The translations under genes and the position numbers were made by a program. The notes under the pieces were generated by a model. That model saw nothing but the letters and a program-made list of their open reading frames with translations. It searched no databases and was not told where the DNA came from. A DNA stretch of 64,000 nucleotides from Bispira polyomma (taxonomy: Eukaryota). This document shows, piece after piece, positions 1 to 12,140 of the stretch. Position 1 is the stretch's first letter, and every line of letters starts with the position of its first letter. The DNA is taken from positions 40,486,001 to 40,550,000 of the forward strand of contig OZ287749.1 in NCBI GenBank assembly GCA_965649765.1, written 5' to 3'.

Positions 1-392
1 TTTTGGTCTCTTTCCAGTTTTAAAAGGTCAATGTGTGGTCAGATTAGGGTATGGGAAATTGTCAGCTCTACCAAATATACCCATTGACAAGTGAGACATA
101 ACTACAGAGAGATAGCGCACACAAAATTATGAGATCACAAATCCAAGGTTAAAACCAGATCAGACAATGCACACCTACATCCCTCAGAATTTGAAGCCAA
201 GGTAATTTCTCCAAGGTCGGAATTTAAATGAGGTCAAACCATGACATCATACATAAACACACTGTGGCAATTATGTGTACTTACCGAGTTCTGGTATGGA
301 TAAGAAAGACCGCTCCCCCCCCCCCTCCACCCACCCGCCTGACCTAGGGAACAACACTCCCCCTAAAGTTATGAATAGCTGTAGGATAAAAA
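1..392. mobile_element. Degraded HINE/pearl-like non-autonomous element, truncated by the window edge
   Basis: AGGTCA-rich body, a (CCCR)n tract at about 315-340, then AACAACACTCCCCC...AGCTGTAGGATAAAAA terminal hairpin remnant. Shares ACCATGACAT..ACA and GGGAA..AACAATACCC motifs with 62055-62245. Confidence 0.5.
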
Positions 393-523
393 GGGTCGTA
401 GACTGTGCAAAGTACCTACATTCTTTTAACCAGTACCTTGCCAGTTACTGCAACAAATATGGCTGTCCACTGGTTAAGATCCCTTAAAGTAAAAATTGTT
501 TAAGCAGAAGGCAACAGAAATAC

Positions 524-891
524 AACAAGTGGGGTTATAGACCCCAAAAAGGCGGGTTGCGCAATTGATATCAGGGATAGGGTCCAGCAACAAATTTCAA
601 GGTTATTATTTGTTTGTACAGATACACCTCTACAACGAATTTGGTAATGATAGCTGCAATACTTTTCCTGTAAATGTTCAGTAACCGTTTCTAAAATGGC
701 ATCCATCTTGTTTTTCAGAATGGGCCCAAATACAATCCCAACCAAGTTAATGACATGATACATCTCCACAAATTTGGTGATGATAACTCAAATAGTTTTC
801 CTTTAAATGTCCGGAAACTAAAATGACGGACGGTCGGACGTTGGACACAACAATCTAATAGGCGCGTTGGTTAACGCAACCCACCCAAAAA
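524..891 (-). mobile_element. HINE/DINE-1-like element, family H1 copy 1
   Basis: GGGGT-TATAG-ACCCC stem-loop. Subterminal IR GGCGGGTTGCG pairs with CGCAACCC(A/G)CC at the other end. (GACG) microsatellite near 825-840, internal ~120-bp repeats, A-run flanks. Homologous to 47048-47547. Confidence 0.8.
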
Positions 892-2039
892 TTAACATAG
901 AAGTGTCTCATTGAAATTGACAAAAACTATTCTACATCATACTACAGTGTGTTTTTTTATTGAATTTTATATCTTGATTTAAAGTTATTCTCCGTTGATA
1001 CTGATAAATAAGTGGGGGTGGGGAGGGCAGTATTTCTTCTGCAATAATCCTGTACTCACTAATTCGAGGCGAGGAAAGTAGGATTTTATTCTTAGACTGC
1101 CTTGTGATTTGTTGAAAGTCTGACCTGCTTACCTAAAATATGATCAGAACAGCTTGTGTAGTTATTTCACAAATTAAGATAACTGTGTGAGTTAGTAGTA
1201 TATAATTCTTGTTCTGGGCTTTCATGTTATAGGAGTTGTTCACTTGTAAATAACCCTGCTCAACTGCAAACAAACAATGTACATGTTTTCCCTATTTGTG
1301 GATAGTGTAGTTCCCTTTTTAGTTAGATACATAATTTGTAAACAAAAATAGGCTGTTCTATGCTGAAAAGAACACGGTATAATGGGGAAAAAATTCTATC
1401 CACACTAGTGATGGTCCAGAAAAAGCAAGATTGATTTTCCAGACTGATAAAAATCCGGACACAAAAGCCATTAAGTATACCAAATGCCAAGAGGAAAGCA
1501 TTTTACACTCATCATGTCTACAATACAACATGGTTTCTGCATGAACCAAACTCTGACCACAGCTTGATGAGAAACAGGCAAAATCATCAGAACTGAGAAC
1601 ATTATGGCTGCCATGTCTGACCACAACATATGTAACAATGAGAGATACTGAAGATTATAGATTATAAAGAAGATCCACACTGCTCTTAGTTTGTGCTGAT
1701 TTCCAGATTTGCTGTGGTAGATGTAGTAAACATGATATAAACAGACACCCTTCATTTTGACCAGATGACTAGACCAAACATTTGTGTGTGCTTTCCAATT
1801 TTGATAATTGCCAAACTTCCACAGCTGAGTAGTTAAGTACTTATAGTACCCTCAGCTTTAAGATGTATTCACAAATGCTGTTCTTTGTATAATTCAAGTG
1901 TGTTTATAAGGTATTGAAGACACGTTTATATTCAATGGTAAAGATTGCTAGTTTAATAAACTAGAAAATATATACACATAAAACATTTGTAAAATCTAAC
2001 TAAAAAGACATAAACATTGCACATGTATTATACACAAAT

Positions 2040-2346
2040 ATATATACTCAGCACATTTATCTACTTTATATCTGATATTCATGGTGTAATTTACTTTTAC
2101 TTGACTCCCCAAGTACATCCAACCATTAGCAGTAACTGTCATTCCCTTAACTGAAGACAGAAGCTTTAGGATGACCATTTATCAATGTCCAGAAGTTTCT
2201 TTTTACCTGTCGCTGGGGATAGGCCCCGATGATTTTAAGCGATCATCCAAGCCACTATGTATTTGCCTCTACTTGGTTGGTCCAGGCTGGGACTAAACCC
2301 ATGTCCTCTGCATTCCTGAGTGTGTTACCTACTAGGCCACAGTGGC
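2040..2346 (-). mobile_element. tRNA-derived SINE, family B
   Basis: Reverse complement begins GCCACTGTGGCCTAGTAGGTAACACAC..GGAATGCAGAGGAC..GGGTTTAGTCCCAGCC (A and B boxes). Colinear with 40109-40440. Confidence 0.8.
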
Positions 2347-3099
2347 AGATAAATCTTACTTGTAAAGATGTATTGCCTTTCCATGCCCACTATTTGGTCT
2401 AAAGGTGCACTTCTGACCATTCTGAGAGTTTCACTTGTCAATGGTAAGCAAAACTTACCACTATAGATCAATAGAAGAAATGTTATATTACAAGAACCCA
2501 GTCACCATATTTAATAAGTAATTTATGTCCAAGATGTCTGCATAAGAACACTGCAAACTATACAAAGACACAGTGCAGAAGTCCTGTAAAATTTGTGTTG
2601 ATTCCAAAGTTTAACAAATGCAAACAACCCAGAAACATTACTTCTCTTCTTTAAAACATGAAAATTAAATGTTAAATAACCACGGATAAGTTACAAAATA
2701 GCACTAGGATCACTAGTACCTTAAGCTCCTGTGTTTTATTTGGTACAAAAGTACCTGAGGACATGCTGAGATACACTAAAAGCCATCATGTGCCCAAAAA
2801 TGGGGAATAATTTACACCCCACAATAGGTTTTGAATGAAACTGCCATGGGTTTTGCACATAACGCATGCCAAAACAGCTCACTGCTCAGTTTTAAACAAA
2901 TTCAGGATTACCCATTATCAGAATTACAACACCCAGGTTTTTTCTAAATTTTAGATAAAATATAAAAAAAGTGAAATACACTGATACTTTGCCATTCCTT
3001 CTTGTTCAGGTCATCTCAAGGGCTTTCCCAATGAGCGTGAAATGTTATGTTAAACAGTAACATAATACAGTTGACAAGAGATATCTTCACTTGTTAAAA

Positions 3100-3299
3100 T
3101 AGAACCTCTAGCATCTAAACTATCATATATTTTTCAAATATTCGATTTTATGAACAGCCTTTCACTAAAAAAAATTGCCATATTTACATGTTTCTATTTT
3201 TATAAACTAAAATGCCCATTCTTTTTATAAACTTTCTTTTATCTGTAGAAAATGTTACTCTCCCAACTTGTTTGGATCACTATATAGGTTTAAGTAGTA
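3100..3299 (+). mobile_element. pogo/Tigger-like MITE family M1, degraded
   Basis: TAGAACCTCTA start and internal AAATGCC..TTCT / TTTGGAT motifs shared with 41485-41656. Confidence 0.55.
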
Positions 3300-5186
3300 T
3301 GACTAAATTCTGTCAATTTACTATTGTTTTAATGAGCACATGTGACTAAATCTTTGTTAATTTTAAAAAGAACCTTGACGATTCATAACAGGACATAAAC
3401 TTTGAACATTACTCACTTTCATAATGTCTTATTACAGGTAACTTTAAGCAGGAGAAACCATTTAAAGTAGAACACATCCATAACAAAGGTGTTGTTTCCC
3501 ATGCATTAGCCAAGTCAGAAGTGGTCTTTAACTAGATGAAAACGCAGCAGCCTGTTTTTTTTAACTCACTGTTCTATGAATAAATAAAAGCAGAGAGTGT
3601 ACTATTCATGTATTATGCTGGACTGGTTTGTAAGAATCCCACACAACACAGCATTGAGATGTGTGCAGTGTGTGAAGCATGAATAGAAAGAGGCTTTCAC
3701 CCAAACCATTGCTGTTCCTATGCGTGTGTTAAAACTGAAAATGAAGTTCCCTTGCACTGGATTAATACATATACCGGTATTTGACATTGTCTTGGAGTAA
3801 TACATTTCATATATACATGTTTATAGATTATTAAAATTATACATATTTTAAAGAGTAGCAGTTTCAAACTGGATGAATCTGCTGCAATAGAAGAAGCCGC
3901 TAATTAGAGGTGCTTCATTTCTTTCTATAATACTGGTAATATATACAATGTTGGATTGGAGATACTACTATTATTACAGTATGACACAAGTTAAGAACTG
4001 TTACAACAGGGTTACACATAAGTTCTAATACAAGACCACGGCACCATTGATTTATATATTGTGTTACCTGTTTGAACTGTTGGTGGAGTATTTTATTGCA
4101 AGCATAACTCGCTCTTAATTACATTCAGGCCTCTGTCCTCAAGATATCGCTCACATGACTGCAACATTTGGACACTTGTACTCTCATCAACAACTTGTAG
4201 CCTATGTTAAAGGGAGAGATGCAGTCATTACTGGTGGAGGATCTGACATATATCACAACTACTATTATATAACGACAAGATCAATTCAAAAGAAGATAAT
4301 ATTTACGGACTTCAAATCTCTTCTTTGTTACTATTGGTAACCCGTTACCAGGAAATTACAGAGTTTTTCTTTACAATCTGGAATAACCTCCAAAAAAAGC
4401 TGGAGATTTATTGAGTTCAATTCCAAGATTCAGGTAAAGTTGTCTTGATTTCTTTCCCTATAAAACCATAGAGCTACTGTTGTAGAAAAGGTAATTATAC
4501 ACCTCGACCTAGTTTCTTACATCGGCACAAGGCTTTTTGATTTTACTAATGAATTCTCCTGATGACAAATTGTCAATGCGCACAAATGCCAGACATTAAT
4601 GCTCATTTAGTGAAGTTCACCACATAACAGTCTTGAGTAGTGTCTATCTATTCAGTGTAGAGCTATAATTGACAGCACTTGTATGTCATTATGAATGTCC
4701 CTATCACTTGGGGGATATTATTCATGTGTGATATATAAGTGCATAAATTACAATTTCATGGGGGTCTGTCAACAAACAATGCTAACCGGACAGAAGATAT
4801 TGGTCTCATTTAGTTTCTCTAGTGCTAAAGTAAAGCAAGTTCTACTTTAGAAAGCAAATTCTGATGGGGCATTAAAGCTTAAAGAACTAACAATATTGTG
4901 TTAAACCTTTACAGTTATAAAAAGTTAGTGTTTTATCAGAGAAGATAAGTTACATCAAAGACTGTTTGGATGACTGTTGTTGTTTTACTGTTGTTTGTTG
5001 ATAAGTGTTGACTATGTTTTGGTCACTTAATAAATGATCAACAAGGTAATTCTTATTTTTTAAAGGAATATTTCTGGATAAATTATAAGGTTACTAAAAT
5101 TGGTACCAATCTCCAATTTTCTCACACGTTCAATAAACATTATGCTAGTGTGTAAACTATTATACATTTAACTGGAGTAACAATCG

Positions 5187-5417
5187 TTATATTTCCGCTA
5201 AAGGAGGTTACGTTTTCCCCCGTGTCCATTGGTTGGTTTGTTTGTTTGTCATCAAGATTACACAAGTACTGTTCACCTACTGAACCGATTTACAAGAAAT
5301 TTGGTGAATGGGACATGGGCCAAGAAAGAATAAGTCAAATTTTGGAGGATTAAAAAATGTTTTTCACTTGGGCTTTGTTTGGCAGAGGTATGCATTCTAC
5401 TAAGTGCCCTTCTAGTT
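5187..5417 (+). mobile_element. HINE-like element family H2, near full length
   Basis: TTAT..CCGC.AAGGAGGTTA head, (GTTT)n microsatellite, CCGATTT..AAATTTGGTG..CATGGGCCAAG body, GGCAGAGGTATGCATTCTACTAAGTGCCCTTCTAGTT tail. Related pieces at 16749-16905 and 52860-52942. Confidence 0.7.
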
Positions 5418-5862
5418 TAGCCAGGTTTTTAAATATTTTTGCATTACATTTTTGTTTAAATTTAGCCTTATTTAAGTTTGTTATAAAATACCTCGATGAC
5501 TAATCATCTTCTAAACTTATATTTCCTTGAAGCAGGAAGCACACCTAAAGCAGCAATTGGGAGAAGAAATATTTCAAATTTTTTTTTTCAAGGATAATGC
5601 TTATTAGAGTTTAACTTTTACTGAGCAGTACATTTTAATGAGTAGTGTGTGTGTCGATAAATATTCCAAAGTGGCTTAAACTTAAAACAGGTCGTATATC
5701 TCATTCTACATTTCCATTTTTCATGGATTAATGCCAGTCAAGGTGAACTCTCTGAAAACATCAAGCCAATTATGTTGAGATTTCGGGTGATAAGGTAATT
5801 TTTTGCATTGAACCAGAAAACTTCAAAGTTTCATTTTTTTCAGAGATTTATTTGGTTTCACT

Positions 5863-5912
5863 TCTTTCTTTTTTTTTTTTTTTTGGGGGGGGGGGGGGAG
5901 GGAGGGGGGGGG
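5863..5912 (+). repeat. poly-T followed by poly-G tract (G-quadruplex-capable)
   Basis: T run followed by GGGGGGGGGGGGGGAGGGAGGGGGGGGG, seen directly. Confidence 0.9.
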
Positions 5913-7382
5913 CTTCTGTTATTGCTTTTTGTAAGCTGTAATCAAAGAATAAAGATTTTAGCTATATGTTTTATATTTATGGCACCTGAGGTAAAATAAT
6001 TAACTATATTTTACTGATTAAAAGTTATCTATGTGATACTTACAAACAAGAAGGTATAAGATTTTTTTATACATTGACAGATTTGTTTTCTTCTGTTTAC
6101 AGCCAAAACAAACTGTGTCAAAAGGATAGCTTGTAATGGTGTGCCCGTGGACATATCAGACAGAACTACATGAGAGGAATAATTAATACAAGTAAGCCAA
6201 TTCAGCCTCTCTTTTTTTCCATATAATAAAAACCACATAGATTTCTATAATATCAGTGTGGAAATGTGAAATGTACGACTGATTGAAAAACAATCTGAAA
6301 GTGTTATGGAACTGGTATTGTGTATTCATGAAATAAATCACAGTTAAGATATCTTTGTGTTACAATTGACTAGTTCATGTTAAGTTAATATCTGATTATT
6401 TATATTCCATGTTCATGGATAAGAACCATTCCAATGTATTATTACACTGCATATTAGACAAGAGATTGTCTGTGCTGTATTCACAAATATTTCTAGAATA
6501 ATATAGTTCTTAGTCTCAGCCAATCAGATCCATTGAAACAATATTTTCATCCAATCAAATTAACCGAGGTAAAAATTTGAGGCAGAAGCATCTTTGTGGA
6601 TACCAGTCTATCTCTCTATAAAGACCAATTATTTAAACCCTTTGGCCGAGGTGGTCAAGGGAAGTTATTATAGCAGTTTTATATGCAGAGTTTTACTGAA
6701 ATTCCATTTCTACAATTTTTATTTATTCAGGGTATAATTCTGTTACAAGAAAGAAAATATGTAATTACGTCAATTAGCAAAAAATGATGGAAGAGAAAAA
6801 GTGTTGTGTTGAACAAAACAAAACAATAAGTAACATAATAATTCAATTAAAACCTCATTTTAATGATTGAATGTCGAGTAATACCTTGTCTTTACATTAA
6901 AAAATGTAGGGAGTTTAAATATGTGGTTCGATTTATCAGAAAAATCGAGTAATAGTGAATCGAGTTAGAGAGAGTCTACTGTAATAATTACAAACAAACA
7001 AACAAAAATAAAATAATAATCACAAAACATAAATCCTATGTTGTAAACAATAAATCAGGTTTTAATGCAAACAAAAATAATCTTATAGATACTCATTGTC
7101 ATTGGGAGTAAAATTACTTTTGACATGTCTTAAATTACTTTAACATGTGTATAGTGGAGTTATTATGACTTGTTAGCTCTAATAAGCTGTACAAACTCTA
7201 CACACAGTGAATGTTTGGTGTGTATATTTGCATTCTGCGATGTAACATGGCTCAAAAACATGAACCCTGGGACATAATGACAGCAAATTAAACATAATTA
7301 CCACTATTCTACAAAACCTGATGGCTTTTACTATGCATCCCATGAAACTCCCAGGGAGGAAAAAAAAGCATACAGCAGCTTT

Positions 7383-7434
7383 CACTAACAAAAAATCAGA
7401 TGAATGTTACTGTGTCCTCTGCTTGTAGGTAAGT
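7383..7434 (+). promoter_or_regulatory. Candidate recursive splice site (3' splice site abutting a 5' splice site)
   Basis: CACTAAC branchpoint-like motif at 7383-7389, pyrimidine-rich TGTGTCCTCTGCTTG, then TAG|GTAAGT at 7426-7434. Confidence 0.35.
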
Positions 7435-7754
7435 TGGAGAGAGAAAAAATTGTATGAAGGCAGAGAAGTATAAAACAAGCATCCAGTGGTACCCTCACTT
7501 TTATTTTAAGGAAATGTAACAGATTTTCGCAAGGTGGAGCTAGTATACACTACACATTTTTTTTCAAAGCATTTCAAAATTTAGTAAACCCGAAAAATGT
7601 TCTTCACGAAATAATAATCCATTTTTGTGAGGATGGGTTAGTCTACCGCTCTAGTGAAGTGTATATTATTGACGAAAATTGCTCTTAACCTCAAATATTA
7701 CCTTGAAAGTGTATAGGAAGATTTTGTGTTACAGTCTGGAAGTAATACAGATAA

Positions 7755-8142
7755 CATGTCGTAACTTCAAACTCATTATAATACTTTTACTGTTATGAGT
7801 TTGAGGTCACCATACAATAGGGTTCCTCCTCAGGTCTATATACATCTGTGTGCCAAATATGAATGAAATCCATCAAGCAGTTTTGGAGTTAGAGTCCGGA
7901 AAGGCTGAAAAATGTTGTAACCTTAAAGTCGTCATACAATTTAACTCTTAGGAGATTTAGGTCACCATACAATAGGGTCCCTACTCAGGTCCATATACAT
8001 CTGTGTACTAAATATGAATGAAATACATCAAGCAGTTTTGGAGTTAGAGTCCGGAAATGAAAGCATGACAACGACAGACGATGACTATACTAATGATGGA
8101 CAAAGCAATCCTTTGCATCCGTCAGAGCAGGGGACACAAAAA
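7755..8142 (-). mobile_element. HINE/pearl-like element with two 155-bp internal repeats
   Basis: AGGTCACCATACAATAGGG at 7804 and 7959 (period 155), then (GAC)n-like microsatellite and GCAGGGGACACAAAAA end. Confidence 0.75.
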
Positions 8143-8684
8143 GGAATACTGAGTAGTGTGACTGTCAGTATTTACTATTATACTAGCACATGTACTATTT
8201 TAGGCTTAAAGCAAAAATTTTAACTGTACTGACATACTATGTCATCTTCATAAAGCATCCCTTAAAAACTTTGACCTGGTAAATGCAACAACTAGAAAGG
8301 CTTTACAAATCACTTCTATATTTTGTTCAAGTAGTGGTAATATAGTTATAAACAATCGCAATAATTGTACCTCAGACCTCTATGTTATTTACCAGGACAT
8401 CAGTTAATATTATTGTGTACCATATTAACACACATGTCAATTGAGAGTTACTATAAAACTGGTATAAAACTGGGACATTTGTAAGAACTTCCCAGCTTTC
8501 CAAAAAAAAACAAGAGGAAAAGAGGAATGTGCTGTAGGTTATAAAGCATTGCCATTGAGTGTATACTACTAACAATAACAAAAAAGTGACAAATTATCAA
8601 TTCATGGCTCTGTGACAACCTTTATTCAAAACTTTGGGACTGTTTCTAAATACTACTAAACATTTGTTTTGACCTATTAAATAG

Positions 8685-8909
8685 TACAGTGGAATCACTA
8701 TAAGTAGAACCAGTGTAAGTCCAATCTATAGGTGCAATCAAACCCTGTTAAGTAGAACTTCAAGGGACTATACAAAATACTTCCACGTATGCTGGATTTC
8801 CAGTTAACAGGGTAAGGTTTAATGGAAAAGGTCTGGTTAGGACCACAAATTCACCTCTGCTTATCAGGGAACTTGACAACAGAGTTCTACTTAAGTAGGT
8901 TTGACTATA
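8685..8909 (-). mobile_element. TA-flanked pogo-like MITE family M2
   Basis: TACAGTGG start. The right end reverse-complements to TATAGTCAAACCTACTTAAGTAGAACTCTG, matching the start of 39903-40086. Confidence 0.6.
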
Positions 8910-11703
8910 AGTGGAACTAGTTTTGAGGTCCCAACATCAGAAAAAGCTGCATTTTTGTAGGTATAAGTGGACGTTAGCCATAACTAGAACCAAATTCTGT
9001 GGATATTGGAGGTTCTAGTTATACATAGTCTACTGTACATACATAATATAGACATGCCACACTGAATTTCTGTGACTTAAAATTGTCATATAAAATTAGT
9101 ACCGGTACAGTACCACTTTTTGGACCTAAATTATAAAAAGAGCTCATTTCTGTAAAACCAATCCAGACTGTACTAAAATTAAACTGTATTAAATGTAAAC
9201 ATTGTACTGCAAACAGTTGTGGCTTTAACATTTTGTCTGAGTAATTGTATTGCAAAAAACTATTTTCATAATTTTCGTATAGTTCCCACATTGTATGATG
9301 ATAATTTCATGATTGAAAATAATGGTGTCTGTGAAATATGAACACTCTCATTTGTCAAGTGTTTTTGCTTCTGATTCATCATGCATTACAACTATCATAT
9401 TAAAAGGTCTGAAGATAAATTTGCGTAAATGTTACTCTTTATTATAAAAAGGAAGTACGCTGAAGCACATGTTTGCATAAACCCTTTGTCTATATATAGA
9501 CAAGTTTAAAATTTTATTGATGCCACAGTATTACAACATAAACCAAAACTCCAATGACCATTAAGTAAAATGTTCGACCATGGCCAAACTTTGGTAAAAA
9601 AATGCACACTTGCATGTGCTACTGAGTTTCTGTACTAAAACTTGAACTTGTTCAAAGTTGCTCCACAAATGAATATTGTACGACAACAGATTCCGGGAGT
9701 GAGAAGGCCAATTTAAGAAATAATTTAAAGGTCAAACATTAAACCGAGGCAAATAAGAGCATCATGCTATTGGCATTTGACCTTGATATAGGTGTCAAAG
9801 ATCACTTCTGACCTGGGACAGTCCTCTTTGACAAACAAATGAGTAAGCATGACATCAAGTTGTTTTCACAGAGTATAAGGAACATACCCCCCCCCCCCAC
9901 CCCCTCCCTGCTGAAATTATTGATTTTCTGATGACCTTTAGAAACATAGAATTACTTAATTGGGTATAAAATACTTTTCAACAAACTCAACAAACCTTTA
10001 TTTCCCACACTATATTTTACTTTATATTGTAAAAACACTGCATGTGTTTTCTATTTTATTTTCTCCCAAAAGCTACAATCACTATTATGTAAGCAGTTCA
10101 ACAATGGCCTATCATTCAGAGCACTTTGCTAGTCTGAACGTTTTTATTAGCTACTTTGCTCACTAGGGATCTCAGATCCTTGCCAGAGGTGAGAAGAAAT
10201 ATTCATCACTATGACATATGACTGAGGTGTATTACAGAGACAAGTATATGTTGGGCACATCCATTACAGGCAGATTGAGTTTCTATCACACTACTCTACA
10301 TTTGTTATCCTTATCTTGGTTTATATTCCAGAAGCATTAAACTAAATTTAATGAAAAAAACACCTTCAGATGAGTTAAACTCACACGAACTAGTTATCCT
10401 CAACTAGATTAATCAGTGATAAAAAGTATCAAGTGTTATGCCAGTGCGCCTCTGAAAAACAAGGCCTAAAACTTGTACACGCTTACTTTGCACAAGAGCA
10501 AATAAAGGAGAGAAATCGAGAATATGCTGTACACATTGTATGATACAATTTTTTTCATATTTTTATCTCCATACTTATATAGTTAAAAAAGGAAAATCTA
10601 TAATCAGAAGGTCACAGGGATTAACAATGTTTATGTCTGCTGAGATTAAATAAATTTCACATATGCAAAAACAATGGCACTAAGGCTACGTTAAGCTTCG
10701 CTATCGCTGGCTTCACTCTAGACAGATTAAACATAAAATCAAACACAAAAAGCTTCATGATCAGGAAGAGAATCTGTTTGTAGATGAGAGATGGGGCACA
10801 AAAAACTCCACCACTGCATTTGCCCCATACACCTCTTGTTTCCCACGACCCTATGATAGCACAGAACAGATTCCACCGATAGCTTCCTTTTTTTTTCGCT
10901 CATCTTTTTTTATTTATAAACTTTTTTTTTCTCTCCCTCTTTTCACTTTCTTCCGAGAAGCAGCGAGTGCCACTTGGCTGTATTTAGATCGTCAGTTGCC
11001 AGGAACATTTAAGAGCCAAGCTAATCCAATCTGAAACCACTTGATCCTACCAAAGCAGAACTGCACACACCAAACTCTCAAGATAAAATCGAGATATTTC
11101 TGCACCCTTTTTCCTGGGCATGCCTTCTATTATAACTAGGGAAATGAGAGCATCATACTAAAGATATAGAGGAAATTTTATGTGTTGTAGTAGAGATTAC
11201 TAACAACTTTTACAGGAAACTCTTCTGGTCTTGTAGCTTTTGACCTCATTGTTTATTTTTAGGTACAATTAAGTGTTACAGAATTGTGTTTAAACATACA
11301 AAGCTTAAGATAACAATATCAGACAAAATCTCCTGAAAACCCAGTATGTAAATAAAAGGGATGGTTGAAATGTTTGGATTGTTGCCAAATTAGGGAAGAC
11401 GCTGTCCATTGAAGTTCTTTAGACAAAATAACATCTTTTGAACTGAATACTGTACCTCAAGTAATACATTTTCTCGCAGGTGTCCCCCCAAAATATGTGT
11501 ATTAGTGTGCCGAAATTAAATTTATTATATGTACCATTATGGCTGTAAATATTGTAGCAGTTAGTGACTATTTGTTTGGTATCAGTGAAGTACTAGTGGG
11601 TATTGGTTAGTGTTTGTGATGTCTTCATTTCTAATTGCTGGGGATTAGTGTTAGCTGTTAGTGGAGGTACATGTCAGTTTTGTGGTACAGGTTTGTATGA
11701 GAT

Positions 11704-12140
11704 TGTTACGGACACACCACAATTTTGTGGCGCTGGCAGGGATGGGGAGGTCTATTTGTGGATAAAAGCCCACAAACTAGGATTTGCTAGATGCAAGGAA
11801 TACTGCCGAATATTCGTCTATATGAGATCTGGCCATTAGATTGCTAGGTTTCTAAAACTACAATTTATGACAAGAAGATTATTCTTTTGATTAATGGCAG
11901 GACCATTCTGTTTTCTTTAGCATTGTATTCATTATTGCATACCATGCAGTTGTTGTTTTTTGTTATATTGTAAAACAGTGTGTCTGTATTCTTAAAGAAG
12001 GTCTGGCTGAATTTGAGACTGAAGTTCGAATCTGAGGCGTATATCAACTTCTAATTTAGTATTGAAAGACTTGTTGTTACAGAATAAATACCAAGAATGC
12101 TTCCATGTTGCAGACTGTCAATTACCAATACGTGGCGGCT
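11704..12140 (+). mobile_element. Possible solo or partial LTR
   Basis: Starts TGTTACG, TATA-like TATAT near 11819, AATAAA at 12083, then TTACCA..TGGCGGC resembling an LTR end plus primer binding site. No second LTR or TSD seen. Confidence 0.25.

Noticed and set aside
1110-1150. - strand AG|GTAAG sites (near 1130; similar near 50175 and 61328) as recursive sites
   Set aside because: They have weaker donor or branchpoint context. They show that such motifs occur by chance on both strands, which also tempers the + strand candidates.
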